Of a DNA stretch of 64,000 bases, positions 27,471 through 40,741 are shown piece after piece. Below the pieces are notes generated by a model, which did not search any database, was not told the DNA's origin, and saw only the letters and a list, made by a program, of their open reading frames with translations. Positions within the stretch are counted from its first letter, which is position 1; each line of letters starts with the position of its first letter. The translations under genes were made by a program, and so were the position numbers. Origin of the DNA: Camelus ferus (Eukaryota); assembly GCF_009834535.1 (NCBI RefSeq), contig NC_045696.1, positions 40,054,001 to 40,118,000 on the forward strand, in the 5' to 3' direction.

Positions 27471-28672
27471 TTTAAGTATACAATATAGTATTGTTAGCTA
27501 TAGACACTATGCTCTATAGTGGATTTCCAGAACTTATATATCTTGTATACCTGAGGTTTATACCCTTTGAACATCACCTCCCCATTTCCCATTTCATACC
27601 CCTTGGCAATTATTATTCTACTGTTTTTATGAGTTTTACTATTTTAGATTCCATATATAAATGAGATCATATAGTATTTGTCTTTATGTATCTGGCTTAT
27701 TTCACTTAGCATAACGTCCTCCAGGTTTATCATGGTGGCAGGATTTCCTTCTTTTTAAGGCTGAATAATATTCCATTGTATACACATACCACATTTTCTT
27801 TATCCGTTTATCCATCAATGGACATTTAGGTTGTTTTGATTTATCTTCAATATTGTGAATAATGCTACAATAAACATGGGAGTGCAAATATCTTTTTGAG
27901 ATCCTGATTTCAACTTTTTGGAGAAATACCCAGAAGTGGGCCTCCTGGATCATAAGGTAGCTCTAATTTTTTGAGGGATACTGTTTTCCATAATGGCTTT
28001 ACAGCTGCAGTATACAAGAGTTCCTTCTTCTTCACATCCTTGCCAACAATTGCTATCTTTTTCTCTTTTAATAATTGCCATCCTCCTGTGTGCTCAGTAT
28101 GCAGGAGAATGCAGGTTTCTGGCTACAGAGGGGCACATACACAGTGGTGGGTGTGCATATCAGCTCCGTATTAGGGCTACAGATGAGGGGTCCTACAAGG
28201 CTCTAGGTGGGGCTCTTGGTGGAGACCTTGAGCAGATTATAGGATCTGTGGCCTATTGTTAAGATCCACTGGGTACTGTAACCCTATCCTTTTCTCTTTT
28301 CCTAGCCATCCATAGATTTCTTAGCCATGCCAATCCCTTCTGGGTAGAGTTAGATATAAGTGAGTCTCATGGGCAACATCCTACAAGGCTGGAGAAGCTG
28401 GGTGCACATTTTGTTCTCACTATTGCCCCTGGAAGAAATAAAGGACTGAAGCATTCTCTCTTGGTCCTGAGCTGTGCTCCTTGGGAGTGGGGTGACACGA
28501 ATAAAGTAAAATTGTTTCTCAATGCATCTATTTTCAGATTTTATAATCCGCAAAGGTGCTATACCCCCAGTTTCCCATAAAAGTGTTGTCATCTCAGAGT
28601 GGTTGTTAAAATTAATGTTTCTATGGGAGGTATGAGTGCTGGAAACTGCTATATCTCCATTTTGCTGGCATC
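27470..28672 (-). mobile_element. L1MA9-like 3' end (27470-28085) abutting an L1 5' UTR (28085-28672)
   Basis: ORF 27702-27953 includes KQPKCPLMDKRIKKMWYVYTMEYYSALK (ORF2 C-terminus). The right part ends ccattttgctggcatca, like an L1 5' terminus. Confidence 0.75.
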
Positions 28673-28699
28673 ATTATTATTATAATGGATTATAATTTT

Positions 28700-28857
28700 A
28701 TTTTAAATGAGTTAACCTATATTTTGTTTTAATTTTTGAGTTTTAATTTATAGTATACACATATCAGTAGATATAAGCTACTTAACAAAATAACTTCAGG
28801 GTCTTCAATAATTTTTAAAAGTGTAAGAGATCCTGAAATCAAAAAGTTTGAGAGCAA
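28700..28857 (+). mobile_element. Charlie1-like hAT terminal fragment
   Basis: aataatttttaaaagtgtaagagatcctgaaatcaaaaagtttgagagc resembles the Charlie1 end. Confidence 0.6.
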
Positions 28858-28934
28858 GTCATCTCATATAGAATACCCATCACTCAGGTAAAAACTAATA
28901 ATAATCCCATAATATCATTAAATATTCCAGTTAG

Positions 28935-30953
28935 AAATTAGAAGAGAAGAAGTAAAACTGTCACTATTTGCAGATGGCATGATACTATATATAGAAAACC
29001 CTTAAGTCTCCACCAGAAAACTATGAGAACTAATAAATGAATTCAGCAAACTTGCAGGATATAAGAGTAATATACAGAAATTTATAGCTTTTTAATACAC
29101 TAATAATAAACTATCAGATAGAAAAAGCAAGCACACTTTTGTTTATACCTAGGAATAAACTTAAGCTAATCTAAAAACTATAAAATACCGATGAAGTAAA
29201 TTGAAGATGATATAAATAAATGTAAAGATATACCTTATGTTCACAGATTGGAAGAATTAATGTTGTTTAAATGTCCATACTATCCAAAGCAATCTACAGA
29301 GTTAATGTAATCCTTATCAAATATCAAGGACATTTTTCACCAAGCTATAACAGATAATCCTAAAATTTATATGGAAACTCAAAAGTCCATAAATTGCCAA
29401 AGCAATCTTGAGAAAAAAGAACAAAGATGGAAGTATCATATGCCCTGACTTCAGACTATACTACAAAGCTACAGTAATCAAAACAGCATGATACTGTCAT
29501 GAAAACAGACACATAGATCAATGGAACAGACTAGAGAGCCTAGGAATAGACCAACACACTCATGGTCAATTAATATATGACAAATGAGGCAAGAATATAC
29601 AATGAAAAGGACAGTCTCTTCAGTAACTGGTACTATGAAAAGTGGATAATTACATATAGAAGAATGAGATTAGAATATTTTATCACACCATATATAAAAA
29701 TAACTCAAAATGGATTAAAGACTTAAATGTAAGGCCAGAAACCATAAAACACCTAGAAGAAAACATAGGCAGAACATTCTTTGACATAAATTGTAATAGT
29801 ATGTTTTACCATCTGTCTTCTAAGGCAAAGAAAAAAAAAGCAAAAATAAACAAATGTAATCTAGTTAAACTTAAAAGCTTTTGTACAGCAAAGGAAACCA
29901 TCAACAAAACAAAAAGACAACATACTGAATGGGAGAAAATATTCACAAATGATGACTGATAAGGAGTAAATATCCAAAATATATAAACAGCTTACAACTC
30001 AATATTGAAAAACAAACAACCTGACAAAAAAAAAAAAAAAAAGGTAGAAGACCTGAACAGATATGTTTCCAAAGAAAAGATACATATGGCCAATGGACAC
30101 CTGAAAACATGCTCAACATCACTAATCATCACAGAAATGTAAATCAGAACCACAATGAGATGTCACCTCACAGCTTTCTGGATGCCTATCATCATAAAGT
30201 CTACAAATTACAAGTATGGTGAGGACGTAGAACAAAAGGAATCCTAGTACACTGCTGGTAGGAATGTAAATTGGGGCTGCCACTAAGGAAAAGAGTATGG
30301 AGGTTCCTCAGAAAGCTAAAAATAGAACCACTATATAATTCAACAATTCAACTCCTGGATATATAACTAAAAAAAAACACATTAATTTGAAAAGATACAT
30401 GCACCCCAATGTTCACAGCATTATTATTTATGATAGCCAAGATATGGAAGCAACCTAAGTATCAATCAACAATGAATGGATAAAGAAGATATGGTATATA
30501 CAATGGAATATTAGTCTTAAAAAAGATTGAAATTTTGTCATTCACACAATATGGATGGACCTGGAGGATATTATGCTTAGTGAAATAAGTCAGACAGAGA
30601 AAGACAAATACTGTATGATACCACTTATATATGGTATCTAAAAATACAGCAAACTATTGAATAGAACAAAAGAGAAACAGATTCATAGATATTAGAGAAC
30701 AAACTAGTGATTACCAGTGGGGAGCAGGAGGGAGGAAAGGGGCATGGGCATGGCAAAGGTAGGGGATTAAGAGGTACAAACTAATATGTATAAAATAAAT
30801 AAGCTACAAGGATATGTTGTACAGCACAGAGAATATAGCCAATATTTTATAATAATTTTACATGGATTATAATCTATAAAAATATTTCATCACTATGTTG
30901 TACACCTGAAACGAATATGTTGTACATCAAGAATACTTCAATTATTAAAAAAA
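28935..30953 (+). mobile_element. 5'-truncated L1 (ORF2 RT to 3' UTR) inserted in an older minus-strand L1MC fragment
   Basis: Begins near 'gaagtaaaactgtcactatttgcagatggcatgatac' (FADD region) and ends tacttcaattattaaaaaaa. Older L1 3' UTR sequence continues to ~31430. Confidence 0.9.
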
Positions 30954-32803
30954 CACTCTAGACAGTATTCAAATTTCCCCATTTACTATTTTTTTTGCTT
31001 AAATCAGAATCTAAATTAGGTCTAAATGTCACAATATAAGCTTCTTTAGATCTATAAATTCACAATTTTTTTTCAGTTTATTTTTTGAAAAGATTTTTTT
31101 TTTCTGTACAGTTTTTGCAGTTTAGATTCAGTTAATTGCATCCCCACGGTATAATTTAACATGTCCCTCTACTCCATATATTTTTTGTCTAATATTTAGT
31201 TGTAGAAGCTTGAGTACATTCAAATTGAATTTTTTTGGCAAAACATCTCAAAGGTATTGCAATGTAAAGGTTTTTTTTTTTATGATATTACTAGTCATTG
31301 GTGATCATTATCTAGATCTGTTAATTTGCTAGAGGTTGCAAAATGGTGATATAAAAACTCTGTTATTCCTTCTTTGGTTAGTAAATGGAGCACTTCCACA
31401 AAAATAAAGTTTTCCTCTTTATTTCCAAAAGGAATCCAGAATAATTGCAGGAAACTTGCTAATTCTATTTGGTCTCTCGTAGGCCCTCTTGGATCCATGG
31501 CTAAAAGAGAACATTTGTGATAGAAGTGGAGGATAATTCTCACAGCTAGAGTCAGTTAAAACCAATGCTGATGAACTTAACTCTCCTCTTCAGTTCAGTG
31601 ATAGCAAAGTTGACTCCTGCCTCTGTAGTGGAAGGTAAGACAGGCAGGAGACCACAGAAAGAAACATCCTCTCACCAAAACATATGTGAAATGTTTTAAA
31701 ATTAACACACTCTCAGAAAATCTATAAATTAAAAATCATGGTTTATTTGTACTTATGATTTCATTTTGTTGAAAGCTCTCTTTGTCCCTTAGGCACACAA
31801 CTGAAAATCTGACATTACTTCTGTTGGTGTATATCATAATGAATTTTTTAAATTATTCTTTATAAAACCAGCAATTTCTCTGCCAGACCAGAAGAAGACC
31901 ATTAACTTTTAAGAGACTGTTTAGCCCAAAAGCAGCAGAGTAAAAGTGAAATATCCTCAGAGCAGTAGATGCTGTTGGGGTTTCCTGCAAGACACTGGCT
32001 CATGTGACCCACACTGTCAAGCTCTGTCTGGTTGCACATTGCCCACATACCAGTGTACATTCTTCACACAGATGAAGTGTATTTTTCTTTCACTCAGCAT
32101 AAATTGTCAGCATAAACCCAAGGCAGCATTATATATGTTATCAAAATTCTTCATTTCTTGGGAATAAACAACCAAGTATGAAACATGATTTTTTTTTTCT
32201 TTTTTGGCTTTCTCTGGTTTCTGCTGAAAACTTCAGAGAAGCTTAGCGGATATGTGAACTGTCATGATTCAAGGGGCACAGCATGTCAGGTTTATTCAAA
32301 AGCTGGTTGAGAATATTTGGTGGATTGATTCAGAAAAAGAGACTGAAGATGTATACTTCAGAGTAGACTGAGCATGCTTGTCACTAATTCATACCTGTAC
32401 ATCATTTTCTCCAATTCCAAAAAGGTGAACAAAACAATCCAAAGGGATAGCACAAAACATTAATTCAAAATGATAAACTTTAGCTCTTTAATTCTAAACA
32501 TTCTGATTAGAAATGAAAGGATTTCAGACTACAAAGAAAATGGCCCATGTGGCTGAGACAGTCAAGACATTAACATTTGAAATATCGACACTCAAGTGTT
32601 TCATTTCATAAATTTCTGATGCTAAGAATGATTTAGGTGGTACTTTATAAGTTATAAATAATTTTTATACACATTTTCTTAGTGAAAACTCACAAAATCC
32701 CCATGAACTTACTGTCTCCAAGGCCCATGCTCTTTCATTCAATCCCCACCAAGGTTCTATTTTTTTGCTGTTGTTCTTTAAGTATTTTAAGTATATAATC
32801 TCC

Positions 32804-32911
32804 TTGGTCTTGGATTTCCCAGCCTTCAGAACTGTGAGAAATAAATTTCTGTTGTTTGTAATCTACCCAGTCTGTGGCATTTTGTTATAGCAGCCTGAAT
32901 AGACTAAGACA
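32804..32911 (+). mobile_element. MLT1 LTR 3' fragment
   Basis: cagaactgtgagaaataaatttctgttgttt...gttatagcagcctgaatagactaagaca. Confidence 0.85.
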
Positions 32912-33084
32912 TTGGGTAATGAGAAAAATGGCATCGCCGACAGAAAAAAGATGTTAGACTAAGATTTTTTCCACATACAAAACTGTACATATTTTCATTT
33001 GAAGTCCTCTTCATTTAAAATTCAATTAATTAAAAATGATTCCTATAATCTAATCTTCACTAAATCTCACTTAGCCCAACTACA

Positions 33085-34030
33085 TGATTGACATTCTTAC
33101 TTGGATATCTTATAGGCATATCAATTTTATAATTCTGCTTAAGAGAGGCCTTAACTTCCACTCCCTGACAATTCTTCTTTTCTGAATCTTCTTCATCTCA
33201 GTAAATGGCATCCCTGTAGCCAACTGCTCAGGTGAAAAACCTAGAGTCATTCTTGACTCTTCTATTTCCTTCACCCCACTACCATCACTAAAACCACCTA
33301 AATCCATCAACAAATACTTTTGGCTATAACTGAAAAATATATTCTTCCATTTCTGTTTACTTCTTTTTATTTATACTTGTTCAGCCTGATCTAAGTCAAT
33401 GTTATTCCAACTTTCATGACTGCTAAAATCTCCTAGCTGGTTGTTTCTCTTCTACTCATGCTCCTCTATAATCCAAACCAAAACTAGAGTAAAACTAGCT
33501 TTAAAAACATGAAACAGATTTTTTTTCAAACTCTCACATCAAACTCTTCAGTAGATTCCTATTGAATTTTGAATAAAATCTAAATGACCCATTAGGTCTC
33601 AAATGGTCTGACACTGCCCTTATCTATGACTTCTCCCTCTTTTACCCCCTCACTGTCTATGCTTGTAGCACATTACCCTACTAAAATGGGCCAACATCTT
33701 TCCCTCCTTGGGGGCTTTGCTTCTAGATCTCTGTATATCTGGCCCCTTCAAGACTCAGTCTCAGCTCAAATGGCACCTCCCCAACTGACATTCACTTATC
33801 ACTAGTCGTTTCCCCCCATCCTAGCCCAGCACTTTCTATTACAACATTTTATTTCTATTTATTTCATAGCATGCATAACTAAGTTAATGTATTTGGTTAT
33901 TTGTCTGTTTCTGCCTCCTTACCCCAATGTCATCCCATGAAGTGGGGGATCTAGTCTGGTTCACTCCTCTATGCCTTGAGTTGTACCTGTAACACACTCA
34001 GTTCTCACTGAATGTTTGTTAAATGAGTAA
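33085..34030 (+). mobile_element. L2a-like LINE 3' kilobase
   Basis: catctcagtaaatggca...aaacctagagtcattcttgactc; ends aatgtttgttaaatgagt. Confidence 0.85.
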
Positions 34031-35616
34031 AAGAGTAAAATCTCTCCTGTTTGTGTATATCAATATAATTCTGGCTATACAGAATCCCCATTTTGTGCTA
34101 GGCCTGAAGATGGGAAAATATGAGGGGAAATGTACATTTTTCTGTAAGGATAGCTAGAGATCCAGACTTGCATAATGGAAAACTTAATACCACAAAGGAA
34201 AACAAAAAAAAGGCGAATAAATAGTAAGAAATATTTGGAGATATTTGTGGAGAGTTATATCCTCATTTCACAGGCTCTGAGTGTATACACTGTCAGAAGA
34301 AGCCCATGCCACAGCCTGGTTCGTGTGCTACTGCTTCCGACAGAACGAGGAGAAAACCGGGCTTGTGGTCTAATATAGCAGGACTGATGGTTTAAGAGGC
34401 AGTAGGATTAATGCTTCCCATTATGACAGGGCTTCTCACCCTCAGATCCCAGAGGGTAGAGACCAAGGACCACATAACCACCAAGGCCAATGCTCTGACT
34501 TCTGGAGAATATTCAGGCCCCAGAGCGAGTAATGAGTTAGGCCTGGCAGACTGCATGTTACCCTGAGACGAGATGAAGAGAAAGAGAGCAGGGATGGATG
34601 AGTCCCCATGGGAAAAGAAGAGTATCCGCTCTCACACAAACTATTGTGCCCTCCATAACTGGGTTCAACAGAAATCTGGCAGCAAGAAAAGGGAACTGAA
34701 GGAAGCAAAAAAACAGCAGACAATCCCCTCCTCTCCCATTCTTTAACTTTCCAGTGAGGAAATAAAATGCTGCTACCAGATGTACCATGTAATGACATTA
34801 ATTATCTCATTCTGCCATTAACAAGAGAGAATCAATTCATATCATTAGCACTGAGACCACCTAAGAAAAAGTAGCACATTGTAGTGATTATTAATTTAAA
34901 CTCCAGATCCCATGCAAACCTGGACTCAAATGGTTTTATCACTTAGAGTCATGACACCTTTTATAATGGAGATACATTACTAACACTGTGTAAGATTGTG
35001 TAAGGAAAACTTAGATGATTCAAGTGAAAAGTTTAATTCAGCCCCTGGAACATAGAACTTTCAATAAATAATAAAATATAAATAAAATATGAAACTACTA
35101 TTATGCTATCTAATCTTTTTTCTCCCAATGGACAAAGCAAGCAGCCTAAATAACCATACACCTTCTCTACAAAGAGAGTCTATTGGATATCTTGAATTCA
35201 AAAGAAACTGAGGAACTAGAAAAAGTAACTGTTCTATATTTAAAATATGTGTAGGACTAGAAATGCCCCCAACAGTCAAGAATGAGCTGCAGAATTTAAT
35301 TACTAAGAAAAATAACCAGTTATCAAATAAAGAATAAGTAATATAATTTTAGAATTAAAATAGAAACTTTTATCCTAATGCAATGTACTATTACTTTCCA
35401 CTCATCAGTTTGAAAAGGAATAAAATGTTGAATGTTGATGACATTTAGTAATAATAGTGTATAAAGAAATAGGTACCCTTGTACACTGTTGTTGAAAGCA
35501 TAAATAAATATAAATTCTCTGGAGGTCAATTTCTCAATATGTGCCAAACACTCTAAAAATGTTTCCTCTTTGATCCAGTAATCCCATTTCTAGGAGTTTA
35601 TCTTAAGAAAGTAACA

Positions 35617-38600
35617 GAGATGGCGGAGTAGGAAGATATCTGGGTTCACCTCTTCCCATGGGCACACCAAAATTACAGCTATTTATAGAGCAACTATCAA
35701 TGAGAACAACCTAGCAGAAGACTAGCAGAAGAGATCTTCTACAACTGAAGATATAAAAAAGGAACCACAATGAGATGAGTAGGCAGGGCAGAGACATGGT
35801 ATAGTCAAGACCCATACTCCCAGGTAGGCAACCCACAAACAGGAGAATAACCATTTACAGAGATGCTTCCCTAGGAGTGAGGGCTCTGAGTCCCCACATC
35901 GGGCTCTCCAGTCTGGAGGACCTGCACCAAGAAGATGAAGCCCCAGAAAGTTTGGATTTGAATGCCAGTGGGACTTACTTTTCCAGAGGGCTGTGGGAAA
36001 TGCAGATTCCACTCTTAAAGGACCCACACAAACTCTCACATACTCTGAGACCCAGGGCAGAAGCAGTAATTCAAAAGGAGCCTGGCTCAGACATACTTGC
36101 TGATCTTTCAGAGCCTCTCTTAGAGGCAGAAGGAAACTGGGACTCACACAGGGAACATAAACGCTGGCAACAGCCATTTTGGGGAGCTCATCTTACCACA
36201 AGGACGCTGATGCTTACAAGTGCCACTCTGTAATACTCACTTCTAGTAAATAAGCACTAGGACCCAGCCCCACTCACCAATCAGTCAGTACCTTGGGGGA
36301 GGCCTAAGCAGTCACCTGGGTGAGGACACAGCCACACTCACCTGCAGGTGGCTGCCACAGGACTCTTTGAGCACCCTGTCACCCCAAGACCTGACCCTAC
36401 CCACCAGATGGACCAGTATCTGGCTCCATACACCAGTGGGATGGCACCAGCTTTGGGGTGCCCCAAATCCCACAGCAAGCCATGCCAGGAACCAGTCCCA
36501 CCAGCCAGCAGGTTGACATCAGCCTGAGGATGCTCTTACATCATGGCCCCACTAACCAGCAGGCCAACACTAACTCAGAACTCCAGGCCCCACAACCTGC
36601 ACCATGGGATTGTGCTTTGCCCACCAGAGGGTCAGCATTAGCCCTGAGACTACCCAGGGCTCTGTATCCAGCCGACTCAGGACATGGCCCTGTCTACCAG
36701 TGGCCCTGCACCAGGAATGGGATTCCTCTGGTCATACAGCCAGACATGCCAGGACCTGGTCCCATCCACCAGCTGAATCAGGGTCCAGCCACTCCTACCA
36801 AAGCACACACAAAGTCAGCTCACTACAACAGAAGGACCCATGGAGCCCACATAGAGGGCAACCAGAGAGCATATAACTCTGGTGACCAAAGGGAAGTGCA
36901 CTGCTGGGCCCCATAGGCTGTCTCCTATATGTGGCCATATCTCCAAGATCAGGAAATGTAACCAGTCTACCTATACATAGAAACAAAAGTGAATAGGGCA
37001 AAGTGAGGCAACATAGGAGTATGTTCCAAATGATGGGACAAGATAAAACCCCAGAAGGACTAAGTTAAGTGGAGATAATCAATCTACCTAATAAAGAGTC
37101 CAAAGTATGGATCATAAAGATGCTCAAATAACTAAGGGGAAGAATGGATGAACACAGTGACTCTGTGAAGACTTAGAAAATATAAAGAATCAAAGAGTGC
37201 TGAAAATTGTAATAACTGAAATAAAAAATTTATAAGAAGTAATCAACAATAGATAAGGTGATACAAAGGAACAGATCAGTGTACTGGAAGACAGAGTAGT
37301 TCACCTAAGCTGAACAGAAAAAAAGAAAAAATTTTTTAAATGAGGTACATTTAAGAGAACTCTGGGACAACATCAAGTGTACCAACATTCACACTTAAAG
37401 GGCTCAAAGGAGAAGAGAGAAATAAAAGGGGCAGAGAATATATTTGAAGACATAGTAGCTGAAAACTTCCCCAACTTGGGAAAGGAAACAGACATCCGGG
37501 TCCAGGAAACACAGAGAGTCCCAAACAGGATCAACTCGAAGAAGACCATAAGACACACTGTAAATAAAATTGGAAAAAAATAAAGAAAGAGAATATTAGA
37601 AGCTGCAAGGGGAATGCAACAAGTTATGTACAAGAGAACCTTCCCATAAGACTCAGCTGACTTTACAGCAGAAACTGTGCAAGCAAGAAAGTAGTGGTAC
37701 AGTATATTTAAAGTGATGAAAGGGAAAAACCTACAACCAAGAATACTCTATCCAGCAAGGTTATCACTCAGATTTGAAGGAGAAACCTAAAGTTTTACAG
37801 ACAAACAAGAGCTACAAGAGTTAAGCACCACTAAAGCAGCTTTACTAGAAATGTTAAAGCTTTTGAAAAATTCAACATCCATTTATAATATAATCACTTC
37901 ACAAAGTGAGTATAGCAGGAACATACCTCAGCATAATAAAAGTCATATAAGACAAGCCCACAGCTAACATCATACTCAATGGTGAAAAGCTGGAAGCATT
38001 TCCTCTACAATCAGGAACTAGACAAGGATACTACCTCCTGTCACTTCTATTCAACATAGTTTTGGAAGTCCTAACCAAAGCAATCAGATAAGAAAAAGAA
38101 ATAAAAGGAATACAAATTGGAAAGGAAGAAGTAAAACTGTTACTGTTTGTAGATAACATTATATTACAAAAAAAAAAAACAAAAAACAACCTCAAGACAC
38201 CACCAAAAAAGTGCTAGAATTCTTAAATGAATTTGGTAAAGTTGCAGGATGCAAAATTAATATACAGAAATCTGTTGCATTTCTATACACTAACAATGAA
38301 GTATCACAAAGAGAAATTAGGAAAACAACACCATTTACCATCACGTCAAAAATAATAAAATACCTATGACTACATCTAACTAAGGAGGTAAAAGACCTGT
38401 ACTCAGAAAACTGTAAAACACTGATGAAAGAAATTGAAGACTGCACAAACAGATGGAAAGATATGCCATGTTCAAGGATTAGAAGAATGAATATTGTTAA
38501 GGTGACTGCACTACACAAGGCAATCTACAAATTCACTGCAGTCCTTACCAAAATATCAACAGCATTTTTCACAGAAGTAGATAAAATAATCCTAAAATAT

Positions 38601-40570
38601 TTATGAAAACCCAAAAGACATCAAATAGCCAAAATAGTCTTAAGAAAGAAAAACAAAACTCCCTGATCTGAAACTATACCATGAAGCTACAATAATCAAA
38701 ACAATGTGGGACTGGCCTAAAAACAGACACAAAGATCAATGGAACAGAATATAGTGCTTAGCAATGAACCCACACTTACATGGTCAATTAATCTATGACA
38801 AAGGAGGAAAGAACATACAATCCAGTAAATACAGACTCTTCACTAAATGATGTTGGGAAAACTGGACAGCTACATGCAAAAAAAAAATCAATCTACTTTC
38901 TCACATCATATACAAAAATAAACTCAAAATGAGTTAAAGATTTGAATGTAAGACCTGAAACCTTAAAACTTCTAGAAGAAAATATAGTCAGTATACACTT
39001 TAACATCTGTCTTCATAATATTTTTTTTGGATATGCCTCTTCAACAAGGGAAACAAAAGCAAAAAGAAACAAATGGGACTACACTGAATTAACAGTTTTT
39101 TTATATTAATATTTAATATTTAATATTAATTAAACAGTTGGCACAGCAAAGGAAGCCAACAAAATGAAAAGACTACCTACTGAATGGGAGAAAATTATGT
39201 GCAAATGATATATCCAATAATGGATTAAAACCCAAAATATACAAAGAGCTCATACAACTCACCAACAAGAAAACAAACAACCCAATTTAAAAATGAGAAG
39301 AGGATCTGAATAGACATATTTCCAAACAAGACATACAGATGCCCAATGGCAAACACATACAAAGATGCTTTCTAATTACTAATCATCAGGGGAATGCAAA
39401 TAAAGTCACAGTGAGGTATCATCTCACATGTGTTGGAATGGCTATCATCAAAAAGATAAGAAATGATAAGGGTTGATGTGTATATAGATAAAAGGGAATC
39501 CTCAGACACTGTTGGTACGAATATAAAGTGATGCAGCCATACTGCAAAACAGTATGGAAATTCCTCAAAAATTAAAAAAATAGAACTGCTATATGATCCA
39601 GTAATTCCAATTATGGGTATTTATTTGAAGAAAACAAAAACACTAATTCAAGAAGATACATACACCCCTATGTTCATTACAGCATTATTTACAATAGCCA
39701 AGATATGGAAGCAACCCAAGCACTCATCAATAGATGAATGGATAAAGATGTTTATATATACATAAAACAAATGGACCACCTAGAGAATATTATGTTAAGT
39801 GAAATACATCAAAGACAAATATTGTATGACTTCACTTACATGTGGAATATAAAAAACAAATGAGCATATATAAATAAACAGAGTCATAGAAACACAGACA
39901 GATGGTTGCCAGTGGGGAGGGCGTGGGGGGAGGAGAGAAGTAAATGAGGGAGATTAAGAGGTACAAACTTTTAGTTACAAAATAAATGAGTCATAGGTAT
40001 AAAATGTACAGTGTAGGAAATATAGTCAATAACTATGTAATATCTTTGTATGGTGACAGATGGTAACTAAACTTATAATGGTGATCATTTTGAAATGAAT
40101 AGAAATATCAAATCACTGTGTTGTATAACAGGAACTAACACAGTGTTGTAGGTCAATAATACTTACAAAGAAACAAACTCATAGAAAGAGATCAGATTTG
40201 TGGTTACCAGAGGTGGGGAGTGGAGGGAGGTGGAATTGGATGAAGGTAATCAAAAGGTACAAATTTCCACTTATAAAACAAATAAGTACTAAGGATGTAA
40301 TGTACAACATAAGAAATATAATTAACATTGTTTATGTTACACATGAAAGTTGTTAAGAGTAAATTCTAAGAGTTCTCATCACAAAGAAAAAAAATTTTTA
40401 CATTAATTTTTTATCCATATGAGATGACAGATGTTCACTAAACTTACTCTGGTAATCATTTCATAATGTATCTAATTCAAATCACTATGCTGTACACTCT
40501 AAACTTATACAGTACTGTATGTCAATTATATCTCAATAAAAATGGGAAACAACAAAATAAAAATAAATAA
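35617..40570 (+). mobile_element. L1 with intact 5' end, decayed ORF1, internal deletion, ORF2 3' half and long 3' UTR
   Basis: 5' terminus agatggcggagtaggaaga; repetitive GC-richer 5' UTR; ORF1 peptide ENIFEDIVAENFPNLGKETDIRVQETQRVPNRIN; ORF2 peptide MKEIEDCTNRWKDMPCSRIRR; A-rich tail. Confidence 0.93.
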
Positions 40571-40625
40571 GAAGTAAAGAAGACATAAAAGGCATCATGA
40601 TAACATTAAAATCAACATCCTAGTT

Positions 40626-40741
40626 GGGGAGGGTATAGCTAGCAGTAAGAGTGAGCACTTAGAATGCACGAGGTCCTGGGTTCAACCCCTAGTACTTCCA
40701 TTAAAAAATAAATAAATCTAATTACTTCCCCCACCCCCCTC
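40626..40741 (+). mobile_element. tRNA-derived SINE, vic-1-like (camelid)
   Basis: ggggagggtatagct...gcacgaggtcctgggttcaacccc (B box). Perfect 15-bp TSD aaaatcaacatccta at 40608-40622 and 40742-40756. Confidence 0.88.

Noticed and set aside
35722..37001. Several 90-152 aa ORFs
   Set aside because: They lie in the GC-richer repetitive L1 5' UTR and show no recognisable protein similarity.
40626..40700. tRNA gene (also 10736-10810)
   Set aside because: Degenerate cloverleaf with a SINE tail and TSDs, so these are SINEs.
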